Of a DNA stretch of 64,000 bases, positions 1-12,541 are shown in pieces. The stretch is from contig CM059433.1 of NCBI GenBank assembly GCA_030390025.1, positions 5,518,001 to 5,582,000 on the forward strand. Reading direction: 5' to 3'. Both the position numbers and the translations under genes were made by a program. How positions within the stretch are numbered: position 1 is the first letter of the stretch; each line of letters starts with the position of its first letter. The stretch is from Squalus acanthias (taxonomy: Eukaryota). Below the pieces are notes generated by a model that was given only the letters and a program-made list of their open reading frames with translations, ran no database searches and had not been told where the DNA came from.

Positions 1-458
1 TTTGACCCAGCGATGATGAAGGATCGGCGATATACTTTTAAGTCAGGATGGTGTGTGACTTGGAGGGGAAGTTGGAGGTGGTGGTGTTCCCATGCGCCTG
101 CTGCCCTTGTCCTTCTAGGTGGAAGAGGTTGCGGGTTTGGGAGGTGCTGCTGAAGAAGACTTGGCGAGTTGCTGCAGTGCATCTTGTAGATGGTGCACAC
201 TGCAGCCACGGTACGCCGGTGGTGGAGGGAGTGAATGTTTAAGGTGGTGGATGGGGCGCCCATCAAGCGGGCTGCTTTGTCCTGGATGGTGTCGAGCTTC
301 TTGAGTGTTGTTGGAGCTGCACTCATCCAGGCAAGTGGAGAGTATTCCATCACACTCCTTGTAGATGGTGGAAAGGCTTTGGGGAGTCAGGAGGTGAGAC
401 ACTCGCCGCAGAATACCCAGCCTCCGACCTGCTCTTGTTGCCACAGTATTTATGTGGC
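1..458 (-). mobile_element. 3' part of a CR1-group (L2/Crack/Daphne-like) LINE, decayed
   Basis: Minus-strand ORF ATRAGRRLGILRRVSHLLTPQSLSTIYK resembles the post-RT region. Nearly identical to 56690-56716 plus 57160-57590 (+). Confidence 0.8.
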
Positions 459-2050
459 AGTGGTGGGAGGATGAATGCTGTCATCCTGGGAGAGGACAGC
501 AGGTTCATACTCCACAGACCCACTGCCACTCCCCCGGGGCGGCGCCTCAGAAATCCTAATAATCTGTTGGAGGACAGATTGCTGGAATGCTGTGACACCC
601 TGCAAGCCCGTTTCCACACTGGTAACTGCAGCCATGATGGCAGCAGTCTGTGCCTGCGTGGCAACAAGCTGAACTTGCATGACTTCAGTCTGAGCTTCCG
701 CTGCAGCACTCAGACGTTGGGTTTCTTCTGCTTGTGCTGCAATGGAAGCTGAGACATTGGCCATCAGATGCTGCATCATGGTTGGGTCCACAAGTGTGGT
801 AATGGATCTGCCCACCACTTTCAAGCCCTGCGCAAAGCCCTGTGCAAGGTTGGTGCTGGACTCCTCCATAGTCCTTGACGTTGCATTCAGGCTTTCTGGC
901 AGGCCTGCCAATGCACCAAGCATTTCATTGTGCATACCTACCAGCCTTCTTCTGTAGGCTGCCCCATCAAGGTCCTCATCTGAGCCCTCTGCAGCAGAAC
1001 TCGTGTGCGATCTTGCCCTCCGGGGAGCTGGCACATGCTACTCTTTCCCCCTGCCCTGGCTGCAGCCCACTCATGCCTGGTGACTCACCACGTGCAGATC
1101 CCGCGTCTATGCTACCATCTAAAGTACGCGCATTGCCAGTATCTGAGCTGGTGGGTGCGAGTGTGAGATAGAGTGACGGTGTTTCTTCTTCATCAGTGTC
1201 ATCTTTCTCTTCCACCACTGCCTGCCCAGATTAGAGTTCTTGGGTGTCTGAAAGGAGAAAGGCATAAGGGTAGGGTTGTGGTGAAGAGAGGGGGGCGGGG
1301 GAAGCAAGACTTGCATGCTTACACCATGTGCAGCTTGTAAATCAGAAGAGATTGTGGGATGAGGGGGAAGTGGGTTGTGAGAAGGAGAATTTGGTATGAG
1401 CATACCATCAGCTTCAACGGTTCCTCAGTCACGGTCGCTCCAATAATGCCACTGTCCACTGTCTCCTCCATCGGGGTTAGGCTGTGCAGACGCGCCTGTC
1501 CCCCTCCGGTTAGCTGCTGCTGCCTGTGGTTGTGCGCCACCTTCTCCTGCAAGAGAGGGAAGTGTGTCATGAGTGTGGTGCAATGTGTTTGGTTGATGTG
1601 GCTGTCATGGTTGAATAGTTGGCAGTGTGTGCAAGCTGTGAGATGTGGGTGTGAGGCTTGCCGCAGTGGTAACTGTGTGAGGGTGAGGTAGAGCATATGA
1701 ATGTTAGTCGTGATTGATAGAGATTGTTGGTAGGTGAGTGATGGGGGTGTGGTGCATTGAGCAGTGTGTGAGTCTAGTGGTGCAGTTGGTGGGATATGGT
1801 ATTTTGGATATATTCACTGACCTTGACGACTTGTGTGAGGTCATGGAACTTCTTTTGGCACTGCATCCAGGTCCTCGGGGCAACACTGCTGGCATTTACC
1901 TCCACGGCTATCTGCTCCCACGGCCTTTGCAGTGTCTATCTGGAGGAACTTCTGCCCCCTGTGGATACAGGACCTCTCTCCTCCTGTCCACCTCCTACAC
2001 TAAGGCCTTCAGTGCTGCGTCGGAGAACCTTGGCGCCCTCTCTCAGGCAT
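455..2050 (-). pseudogene. Harbinger Myb/SANT-like DNA-binding partner gene, 3 exons (2050-1822, 1546-1406, 1247-455), disrupted
   Basis: Exon 1 reads APRFSDAALKALV*EVDRRREVLYP...CQKKFHDLTQVVK. GT/AG sites: AAG|gtcagt, ttgcag|GAG, ATG|gtatgc, tttcag|AC. Stops and frameshifts present. Confidence 0.8.
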
Positions 2051-2380
2051 GATGTGCCATTCCTGTTTCTTTGCCTGGTCAAACTTACTTCTGGAATGAC
2101 TTCCAGCACCTGCTCTCGTCAAACTGCACCTCCCTTTTAAGAGGTGCAGGCTGGCTTTAAGAAGTGCAGGCTAGCTTTAATTGGTGCTAGTCTCGCGTGA
2201 ACTTGGGCCCCTTGCATGCAGCCAATCAGCAGCATGTTCAGCGCAGGGCTGCGCGCTGCAATCATGTAAATTACCAGCAGCACGAAGTTTGCGTGTTGCC
2301 TGCATCGGAACGAACAGGCGCGGGTTGATCGCGCATCGCAATCCCCGTGCCCGTTTTTGGGTCAATCGAATTTTTAGCCC
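455..2380 (-). mobile_element. PIF/Harbinger transposon, Myb-gene half (transposase half missing)
   Basis: Colinear with 16700-18635. Ends in TIR-like CGAATTTTTAGCCC at 2380. Confidence 0.85.
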
Positions 2381-2585
2381 TTGTTTCTAATAATTAGTGC
2401 ACTGCTGTATCACCCAGATTGAGTTTGCAGAATAAGTGTAATATGTTGCATGCTGCACAATATTGCCACTGAAGGAGGTGAATGGACTCTCGACACAAAG
2501 AAGCAGCAACAAATCAGGCACCAGAAAGAGGATAGTTAAAAATATCGTGTCATTTTTTTTTCTCTGGCAAGAGAGAATGAAATGA

Positions 2586-3041
2586 TTCACTGGCTGGAGT
2601 CATAGCTAGCACAAAGGTAGATGGTTGTGGTGGTTGGAGGTCAATCATCACAGCCCCAGGTCATCGCTGCAGGAGTTCCTCAGGGCAGTGTCCTAGGCCC
2701 AACCATCTTCAGCTGCTTCATCAATGACCTTCCCTCCAACATAAGGTCAGAAGTGGGGATGTTTGCTGATGACTGCACAGTGTTCAGTTCCATTCGCAAC
2801 TGTTCGGATAATGAAGCAGTCCGTGTCTGCACTAAGACCTGGACAACATCCCGGCTTGGGCTGATAGTAGGAAGTAATTTGCGCCACATAAATGCCAGGC
2901 AATAACCATCTCCAATAAGAGAGAGTCTAACCACCTCCCCTTGACATTAAACGGCATTACCATCGTCGGATCCCCCACGATCAACATCCTGGGGGGTCAC
3001 CATTGACCAGAAACTTAACAGGACTCGTCACATAAATACTG
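2586..3041 (+). mobile_element. CR1-group LINE RT fragment (same family as 1-458)
   Basis: GVPQGSVLGPTIFSCFINDLP...MFADD reverse transcriptase motifs. Confidence 0.85.
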
Positions 3042-3101
3042 ACCCCAGCAGCTCCTTTCCTCCTTACAGCTGCTGCCTATTTCTTTGCCCCTTCTTCGTT
3101 A

Positions 3102-3250
3102 GAAACATAGAACAATAGAAAAATAGGAGCAGGAGTGGGCTATTCGGCCCTTTGAGCCTGCTCCGCCATTCAATATGATCATGGCTGATCCTCTATCTCA
3201 ATACCATATTCCCGCTCTCTCCCCATACCCCTTGATGCCTTTTGTGTCTA
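3102..3250 (-). mobile_element. CR1/HER1 LINE 3' UTR fragment
   Basis: Reverse complement of the CR1 tail (gatcagccatgatc...gaatagcccactcctgctcctat...ttctatgtttct), as at 7225-7325. Confidence 0.8.
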
Positions 3251-3252
3251 GA

Positions 3253-3880
3253 CGTTTGACTCACCACGCGAATAACAAAAATAGGACAAAAAAAATTCAA
3301 ATCTGAAATGGAACCGACCTACGTGCGCACACGGAACCGCCATTGGCTGATTTCAATAGTCGTGGGATACTTGAACTGAATGGGTTACAGTTGCCACTGG
3401 TGACGCATGGCAGAGAGAGGATTCAGGGGACCGAGGGGGTGAAGAAGAGCAACTGCCCCAATTAGCCCAAGGGGGTGGGGGGGACAACAAACCCACGCAG
3501 TGTGGCGTTAGGGCAAGTGTGGGGAGCCGACGAAATATACAGCGGGACCTGGCGAGAGGAGAGTGGAGGACGGAGAGCTCAAGCCGGGTGATCTGCACTC
3601 AGCGACCGCCGCCTCGCTCCCTTCTCAGCAAGCCGGGGGGGGGGGGGGGGGGCCTGGGGTCAGCGGCAGGTGTCGCTGTCATCGCAGACGTTCGGGAGAG
3701 GGGGGGGGAACAGAGGTCCGATTCAGGCCGGAGCTGCAGTTTGCTCAGCTTGATCCCACCTTTACACCACAGTGTATTTTTCTTTTTTTTCGGCGAACCC
3801 CTAGGGGGCCAAGGATCCCCTGTTGAAAACCCCTGCACTACACTACCGTACCCAGTAAAATCAAAAGTTAAACATTTTAA
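3253..3880. mobile_element. Probable non-autonomous DNA-transposon remnant (GC-rich, poly-G)
   Basis: GC/CpG-rich block with G runs in AT-rich flanks. Termini not resolved. Confidence 0.35.
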
Positions 3881-5042
3881 CTTCCTTAATATTCCCAATA
3901 TTAGGAAATTGGCACACTAGTGCTCCTAACAGGTATGATCTCTGTTCCCAAGCTGAAATAATGTTATTGAATATTTTTAAATAACTTTAAAAAATTTAGG
4001 AAAACACTCCTATTAGTAAATACAGTGGTCTATGGTATGATGGTGGCACTGGGATATTTCAACTTCATCAAGGTGAATAATTACACCTAAGCAGGTTATA
4101 GCACCAAGAAATAGACATGGCATGATTATTGTGTGATGAGTATAGGACAGAGGCATGTATCAAGCAAGCACGTCACCACTAATCATGAACACATTACAGA
4201 TTGATGGCTGTTACTTTCCTCACTTACCCTGTTATCAGAGGCAATGCAGCTCACTTAAGCCAACTGGCAGTCTGCAGATATTTTCTTGAAGTTAGCAAAA
4301 GGCAAATAATAAAGCCCGATTTCTGTCCATTACATGGGACTTTTATACTGTAGTCAAAGCATATATTATAGGCAATGACATTTCACATCAATTCATGGAT
4401 TCCCTGTGGTTTATTTTCAGAGTAGCTCAACTATGGATATAAAAAAACTGGTGTTTTGCGTTACATGACAGGTGTCTGCAGACACTATTCCTCCAAATGA
4501 ATGTTAATAAGCTCCATCATATTATTCAGTCTTTATTAAAGCCTTCAGGAAGGTGTTTGACACACCTGTGAAGCGAATGCCAAGAAATGTAATTTTCTGT
4601 GTAATACCAAATAATAAGATGTATGTGTTTCATCCTAAGCAGGCTCTTGATACTGCCTTTCTTCACACAAACCTCTTACTTTCCTGTTAAGGTTAAATCT
4701 CTTAGGGCTAGGAGATATCTAATTTTATTATAACAGTTGGAGCATAAAGATAGCCTATAATCAGACTGTGATGAACTTTGAAGTCTGAAAGACACTTTTT
4801 TGCAAACTTTATTTTAATATGCAACTGACAACAATATAGTGTGGACAATAAATCTGAAATGGTCATTTGGAATTTATAGTTGAAATGGAGAGAATCCTTT
4901 GGTAAAGTTGTTACACAGAAAGAAAATAAGATGAAAAGCCACAGTTGAAATAAAATTAATTTCTGTTCTACGAAGTGTTTGAGCAGAAGCTGCTAAGTTT
5001 ATTGGTATAGTAGATGTACCACAGGTGTAAAAAACAACACCC

Positions 5043-5913
5043 GGGGGTCATTTTAACCTAACTTGCCCAGCGGCACACTGACGCAGTCGGCTGCCCATTT
5101 TACACATGGCTCAATTTTAAGTCAATGGAAAGTAAAATTGGGCCGTGTGTAAACTGGGCAGTTCTTTTTTTGTTAGTTATTGTATATTTAGAAGTAATGT
5201 GGAATTGCCCTACCAATATTTAGTCTGATTTTTTGTGATATACCGTGTCGGGAACGATCGGATGGCCGGAGGAGCCGGGAGGTGGGGGGGGTGGTGGGGT
5301 GCGCCGGGGTGATCAGCGGAGGCCTGGAGGAGCTGGGTGGGGTCTCACCGGGGGGGGGGGGGGGGGGGGGGGGGTGATCATCGGAGGGCCGGGAGTGGCT
5401 GATGATTGGAGGGCCAGGTGCAGCACGGGGTGGGGGGCTGGGTGGGGGGGGGAGGAGGAGGGGGGCAGGAGCAGCACAGTATTGGGGGCCAGGAACAGCA
5501 TGATCGGGGTGCCGGAGGAGCACGGCAGGGGGAGGCCTCGTGGGCAGGGGTCACCGATCGCAGTGGGGTGCGTTAGGCAGGGACACTGGATCCAGGAGGT
5601 AAGTGTAAAGGGACTTACTTCCTAGATCCAGAAGTCCTCACCTTACTTTAGCTGGCTGGTTTCACAAGGTCTGCAAAACCCAACCAGCTACAGTTAAATT
5701 TAAAATGGAGGTTAAATCTGAGGCATGGCAGCCTCATTATAATATTTAAATGGGAGACCCGCCTCTTGGGAGCGGGTTAGCTGCCCGTCCCACCTCCATT
5801 AAAACCGGAAGTGGGCGGGTTGGAGATGGGTTCTGGTCAGGATTCAGACTTTTAACACTTTAACTTCCCACCCGATCCAACCCACCTGTTTTTTTTGGGT
5901 TAAAATTCCCCCC
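5043..5913. mobile_element. Harbinger-type MITE, G-rich family
   Basis: TIRs GGGGGTCATTTTAACC / GGTTAAAATTCCCCCC. Internal similarity (opposite orientation) to 24897-26252 and 11711-12541. Confidence 0.75.
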
Positions 5914-6067
5914 TCTGAGTCTACAATATTTGTATTACATTTCCAGATTATCGTCAATCAGTACAGTTTATATAACTTAAAATCTTTTTTATGTCAATTT
6001 AGGCGCTTAAGAAATATGAAAGCAGGATTAGTACAGGTGAGTCCTGATTGGCCATTTGCCTTTCATT

Positions 6068-6400
6068 AACAACAACTTGCATTTATATAGCGCCTTTAAC
6101 GTAGTAAAACTTCCCAAGGCGCTTCACAGGAGCAATTAGCAAACAAAATTTAAGACCGAGCCACATAAAGAGATATTAGGACAGAGGTAGGTTTGTAGGA
6201 GCAGCTTAAAGGAGGAGAGAGAGGTGGAGAGGTTTAGGGAGGGAATTCCACAGTTTAGGGCTTGACAGCTGAAGGCATGGTGGAGCCAAGAAAATCAGGA
6301 ATGCGCAAGAGGCCAGAATTGGAGGAGCGCAAAGATCTCGGAGGGTTGAAGGGCTGGAGGAGGTTACAGAGATAGGGTGGGGCAAGGCCGTGGATTTGAA
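6068..6400 (-). mobile_element. L2 LINE 3' end
   Basis: Reverse complement of the L2 tail (gctatataaatgcaagttgttgtt) seen at 30730-30762 and 52200-52223. Confidence 0.85.
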
Positions 6401-6546
6401 TTCAACAAAAACCTCAGAAGCAAAATCCCATTCACTGGCCTCTTGATTTGGGTTTGTTATTTTCTACGATATAAGGGCTGGATTTTAAACTATGTGCAGC
6501 ATACATATTTAAATGATTTGCAGGATATAGCCTTGTTAGTAAATTA

Positions 6547-7325
6547 AGATTATTATCTGAACAGCAATAGATTGGGAAAAGGGGAAGTGCAACGAGACCT
6601 GGGTGTCCTTGTGCACCAGTCGCTGAAGGTAAGCATGCAGGTGCAGCAGGCGGTTAAGAAGGCAAATGGTATGTTGGCCTTCATAGCGAGAGGATTCGAG
6701 TACAGGAGCAGGGATGTCTTGCTGCAGTTGTACAGGGCCTTGGTGAGACCACACCCTGAGTATTGTGTGCAGTTTTGGTCGCCTTATCTGAGGAAGGATG
6801 TTCTTGCCATGGAGGGAGTGCAGCGAAGATTCACCAGACTGGTACCTGGGATGGCAGGAATGACGTATGAAGAGAGATTGGGTCGATTAGGCTTATATCC
6901 GCTAGAGTTTAGAAGAATGAGAGGGGATCTCATTGAAACTTATAAAATTCTAACAGGACTAGACAGACTAGATACAGGAAGGATGTTCCCGATGGCGGGG
7001 GAGTCCAGAACCAGGGGTCACAGTCTAAGGATAAGGGGCAAGCCATTTAGGACAGAGATGAGGAGGAATTTCTTCACCCAGAGAGTGGTGAACCTGTGGA
7101 ATTCTCTACCACACAAGGCAGTTGAGGCCAATTTATTAAATATATTCAAGAAGGAGTTAGATATATTTCTTAAGGCTAAAGGGACCAAGGGATATGGGGA
7201 GAAAGCAGGGACAGGGTACTGAATTTGGATGATCAGCCATGATCACATTGAATGGTGGAGCAGGCTCGAGGGGCCGAATGGCCTACTCCTGCTCCTATCT
7301 TCTATGTTTCTATGTTTATGTTTCT
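6547..7325 (+). mobile_element. CR1/HER1 LINE, 5'-truncated, young
   Basis: Open ORF 6572-7222 (RDLGVLV...LYRALVRPHPEYCVQFWSP...RRNFFTQRVVNLWNSLP). 3' UTR with (ttctatgt)n tail. Confidence 0.95.
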
Positions 7326-7849
7326 AAGTGAAATGCCCCCTTTTCTTGCATTTTAGTAAATAACTTCCGTTTGCATAACATCTGTGTAGCTTTGTAATAA
7401 GTTCTCCAATCTAACTTTTTGACTTAGTCCTTGCATCTATGATGAGGAAACTCTCATCTGAGGTTTTAAAGCTTCTATAACTTCAGGATATGGTCTCAGT
7501 TTTCTGTAATGCAATATTGAGTTGCTAATATTTTTGAGAAAATCCATTAATTTGAGAAAATACAATAAATACACTAAGCATTTTTGTGTACGATTTGGTT
7601 AATGTCCTGACTTTATTCTCAACATTCTGTCCCCAATGATGGCAAAGTTCAGTTATGTAAAGTTATAGAAAATTACACAATAATGTTCTAGAATTTGGGG
7701 AGTCCTGCAATTCAGAAAAATTACAATGCTCTTTCATTCTGCTGCTGTCTTTTCATGGGGAAAGTGTCAACCGTCTAATGGCTGGCAGGTATGCCCCATT
7801 ACCTTAAGCAAGAAAATCATGCCCTGAATGACAAAAATCATAAGGAAGG

Positions 7850-8230
7850 TAGTGGCTTAGTGGTAGCACTCCAGCAGTACTGAGGGAGAGCTGCACTGTC
7901 AGAGGTGCCATCTTTCAAATGAGATGTTAAATCGTGGCCCCCATCTGCCCTCAGGTGGACATAAAAGATCACATGGCACTATGTTGAAGAGCAGGGGCGT
8001 TCTCCCCGATGTCCTGGCTAACATTTATCCCTCAACTAACATCACTTAAACAGATTATCTGGTCATTACCACATTGCTGTTTGTGGGACCTTGCTGTGCA
8101 CAAATTGGCAGCCACATTTCCTACATGACAACAGTGACTACACTTCAAAAAGTACTTCATTGACTGTAGAGCAGTTTAGGACATCCTGAGGTTGTGAAAA
8201 GCACTGTATAAATGCATTTTTTTTCTTTCA
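7850..8230 (+). mobile_element. DeuSINE (SacSINE1-like) with L2-type tail, internally deleted head
   Basis: A-box-like GTGGCTTAGTGG. Deu-domain-like core (tgcactgtcagaggtgccatctttc...gatcacatggcactat). Tail ending gcactgtataaatgca. Confidence 0.7.
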
Positions 8231-9356
8231 TTACTTCTTTAGTTAATTGGCTCGGAAAGGTTGTAAACAACACTTCCTCAGTCTGTTCTTTTAATTTAAT
8301 TTTAATCTAAAAGCAAGTAATATATATGTTTGAAAGCTGGTAGAAAAATGAATATCACAAGCTTTGAAAGACCATAAATTTGAAAGAATTTAAGGCTTGG
8401 AAACCAAATATTCTTGCTTACAAGGTGACTAATGTAGAGTATCAAAGATGGTGACGGAATGTCATTTAGGAAAATTTTTATATAATGCTTTATAAAAGAA
8501 TCTTTATTTTAGTATTTCACAGTGAACCTGAATTTCTAACCACCATCGGCCATTCTACTTAGCTGTTGCTATAGTAACAACAGCCTTAATTGTTTGAAGC
8601 TTTTAAACATCGTGCTGCTTCGTCACCCCCATAATGCCTTCAATGTTCCTTTTATGTAGCATTTAAGAATTTAAATTAACACTGTCTTCTGAGAAACAGT
8701 GTAAAGTAGCTGTGACAAATGTGTTGTAAAATTATCCTTAATAACATTTCAGTTTAAAATTAGTATGGCTCATTTCATCTGTAGCTTTCTGGGTGATTAG
8801 TGATCAAAAATGATTAGAAAGGGTTAGAATGATTAGAATAACGCGGAATATGTTAACAATTAAAAAATCTAGTATCTCAACAGAATCTGGAATTGGATCA
8901 TTGAATAATATCAGATACATTACACGGAAGTATCTTCATATGAGAACTGCTAAGTAATATCAAAGTGACATAAAACACAGGTACAAACAGTGACTGAGGT
9001 CAAGGTGGGTGTAGTTGGTTCAGTTCTGCAGTTATATAAGCTGCTGATTTTAAGTCAACAGTGGTAATTACCCTGCCATGTATAATTAACAGATTTTTTT
9101 TTAAAGACTACGATATGCATAGTCAGTTTAATCAAAAACTGCATGAATTAAAATAACATTCTTCAGTACATAAATTATTAGTTATTTTTAACATAATAAA
9201 CAAAACGATTATCAGTTTTGTTTAAAAAAAATCTAGGGCTACATTTCCCTTGCTCAATAACTCTCCAAATTTGTTACAGATTATCCTACAACCATTTATA
9301 TTACAAGCACATTTAAAAAAAAATCATAATTAATAATGAATCACATAAAAGAGAAA

Positions 9357-9570
9357 GGGGTAGATTTTTGTATTTACTGTCTGGGTGTTAAACATCACCT
9401 GGGCGGAGCGCAGAGAGGAAAATCTCGCACACCATTGCACATTGCACACCATTCACAGAACTGGCTGATTTTCCTTCCATTTAAGTTAATGGAAGGAAAA
9501 TCCAGTGTGTTGTATGAGGGGTGCTCCTCGCTGTGTTCCGCCCAGGAAATAAAGACGAAAATCTACCCCC
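9357..9570. mobile_element. Short palindromic Harbinger-type MITE
   Basis: TIR GGGGTAGATTTT / AAAATCTACCCC. Internal IR attttccttccatt / aatggaaggaaaat. Confidence 0.7.
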
Positions 9571-10081
9571 AAGTCTCCTAAAATATTGACTCTTCTATAA
9601 CAAGGGGAGGCCCTTGCTAAAATAATACCATGGGAACAACAGATAGTAACCTCGTGAGTTATCATAAAAAAATTAACTATGCAAATTTTTGCAGCAGATT
9701 AAATTCCTATGACTACTTCAGATTCATTTCAATTAAGTTTCCGTAGGGTTCAATAATCCCATGGATAGTTTTACTGTTTATTTCAAAAGATATTAAACTG
9801 CAATGATTTTGCTGAAGCTGCCATGTTGGTTAATCACTTGAGTTCAAGTCCCCAGTGATGATGCTGTAGTTGTACAGTGCGCTGCTAAGGCCTCCCGCTG
9901 GGCCACTACTGGAAGTTCTCATACATCCAACTGTCCAGGTTTTGTGCGGACAGTCAGAGTTTTGACCCCGTTTTTGTGCAGTCCATGCTTGTGGCTTGAA
10001 GTCAGCGGAAATTCAAGTTTTGCGCACTCCTCCGAGATCATCCCATGAGTTACTGTGTCTCAGTTCTTCCGCACATGCCCA

Positions 10082-11620
10082 ATAAACATAGAAGATAGGG
10101 GCAGGAGTAGGCCATTCGGCCCCTCGAGTCTGTTCCGCCATTTAATGAGATCATGGCTGATCATCCAAATTCAGTACCCTGTCCCTGCTTTCTCCCCATA
10201 TCCCTTGATCCCTTTAGCCTTAAGAAATATATCTAACTCCTTCTTGAATATATTTAATGAATTGGCCTCAACTGCCTTCTGTGGTAGAGAATTCCACAGG
10301 TTCACCACTCTCTGGGTGAAGAAATTCCTCCTCATCTCAGTCCTAAATGGCTTACCCCTTATCCTTAGACTGTTACCCCTGTTTCTGGACTCACCCGCCA
10401 TCGGGAACATCCTTCCTGCATCTAGTCTGTCTAGTCCTGTTAGAATTTTATAAGTTTCAATGAGATCCCCTCTCATTCTTCTAAACTCTAGCAAATATAA
10501 GCCTAATCGACCCAATCTCTCTTCATACGTCATTCCTGCCATCCCAGGTATCAGTCTGGTGAATCTTCGCTGCACTCCCTCCATGGCAAGAACATCCTTC
10601 CTCAGACAAGGCGACCAAAACTGCACACAATACTCAAGATGTGGTCTCACCAAGGCCCTCTACAACTGCAGCAAGACATCCTTACTCCTGTACTCAAATC
10701 CTCTCGCTACGAAGGTCAACATACCATTTGCCTTCTTAACCGCCTGCTGCACCTGCATGCTTACCTTCAGCAACTGGTGCACAAGGACACGCAGGTCTCG
10801 TTGCACTTCCCCTTTTCCCAATCTATTGCTGTTCAGATAATAATCTGGCTTCCTGTTTTTGCCACCAAAGTAGATAACCTCGCATTTATCCACATTATAC
10901 TGCATTTGCCATGCATCTGCCCAATCACCCAACCTGTCCAAATCATACTGGAGTTTCTCTGCATCCTCCTCACAGCACACACACCCACCCAGCTTTGTGT
11001 CATCTGCAAACTTGGAGATATTACATCTAGTTCCCTCGTCTAGATCATTAATATATATTGTGAATAACTGGGGTCCTAGCACCAATCCCTGCCGTACCCC
11101 ACTAGTCACTGCCTGCCACTCGGAAAAAGACCCGTTTATTCCAACTCTTTGCTTCCTGTCTGCCAACCAGTTCTCTATCCAAGTCAGTACCTTACCCCCA
11201 ATCCCATGTGCTTTAACTTTGCACGCTAATCTCTTATGCGGGACCTTATCGAAAGCCTTCTGAAAGTCCAAATACACCACATCCACTGGTTCTCCCTCAT
11301 CTATTCTACCAGTTACATCCTCAAAAAATTCCAGTAGATTAGTCAAGCATGATTTACTATTTGTAAATCCATGTTGACTTTGTCCGACCCTGTCACTGTT
11401 TTCCAAGTGCTCTGCTATTACATCTTTTATAATGGACTCTACCCACTACTGATGTCAGGCTATAATTCCCCGTTTTCTCTCTACCACCTTTTTTAAATAG
11501 TGGGGTTACATTAGCTACCCTCCAATCCATGGGAACTGTTTCAGAGTCTATAGAATTTTGGAAGATGACCAGAAATGCATCTACTATTTCTCGGGCCATT
11601 TCCTTAAGTACCCTAGGATG
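10082..11620 (-). mobile_element. CR1/HER1 LINE, 5'-truncated
   Basis: ORFs 10660-11406 (YLDFQKAFDKVPH, GPQLFTIYIND, KFADD) and 10171-10653. Same subfamily as 6547-7325. Confidence 0.95.
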
Positions 11621-11710
11621 TTTCCCGGTACAGCTCAGGATAAAAGAACATCATGACTAATGGAAGGCTGCCACAGAAAGAATAATATGCCAAAAAGTAC
11701 AAAGATGGCT

Positions 11711-12541
11711 CGCGGGTAATTTTGACCCCCAAATTTTGGGGTCGAGTGGGAGGTTATAAAGTTAAAAATCTGAAACAAGAACCCAACCCGCCTCGAACCC
11801 GCCACTTCCGGTTTTACCAGAGGCGGGACGAGGGGCAGGCGACCAACCCGCTCTCAGGAGGTGGGTCAGTCGTTGAAACCTTTTAAGGAGGCTGTGTGCC
11901 TTCATTTTAACAGTATTTCTATTTTTCACCTAGGCTGGCCGGTTTCCTGAGCCTCGGGAAACCTGGCAGGTAAAAGGAGGCGAGAAGGGCTGGACCCATA
12001 AGATAAGTTCCTTTACAGCACTTCTTGTGGGTCAGGAGGAGCAGGACTGTTTCCTCCTGGCCCAACAAGCTATCCTGTTCAAACCCCCACGATCTGTCTG
12101 CTCCCTCCCCCCGTGATTGGACACCCCCGACCATCACACCCACCCGCCACGCTCTCGCTCCCCCTGACCATGATGTCGCTCCCCCGACTACAATCTCGCC
12201 CCCGACCACGATCTCGCTTCCCCCGACCACTAACTTGCTCCTCCTGATCACCATCTCGCTCCACCCGACCAATATCTCGCTGCTCCGCGATCTCTTCCCC
12301 CGCCCCCTGACCGCAATCTCTCCCTGCCTCCCTACCTGCGCTTCCGCTACATCCTTGTGCCGCAGGCTTTCCAGCCCGACAGGCAGGCAGCCTGTCAATC
12401 AGGTTGGCTGTCGGGTGGGAAAGCTTAAGAAAAAATTAAAAAGTCGTCTTGCAATTTTGTTCGGGAAACCCGTACTTCTGGGTTTCCTGTCCATAACTCT
12501 TCCTCCCACTCCGAACACACAGCCCCATAAATATCAGGGCC
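11711..12541. mobile_element. Harbinger-type MITE, G/C-rich family
   Basis: Shares cccgccacttccggtttt, aacccgct...aggagg and cgggaaacccg blocks with 24897-26252. Degenerate TIRs. Confidence 0.65.

Noticed and set aside
5188..5625. Pro/Gly-rich ORFs (also 3519-3920, 11919-12555, 25630-26066)
   Set aside because: They are stop-poor by-products of G/C-skewed MITE interiors, open on both strands, with no domain.
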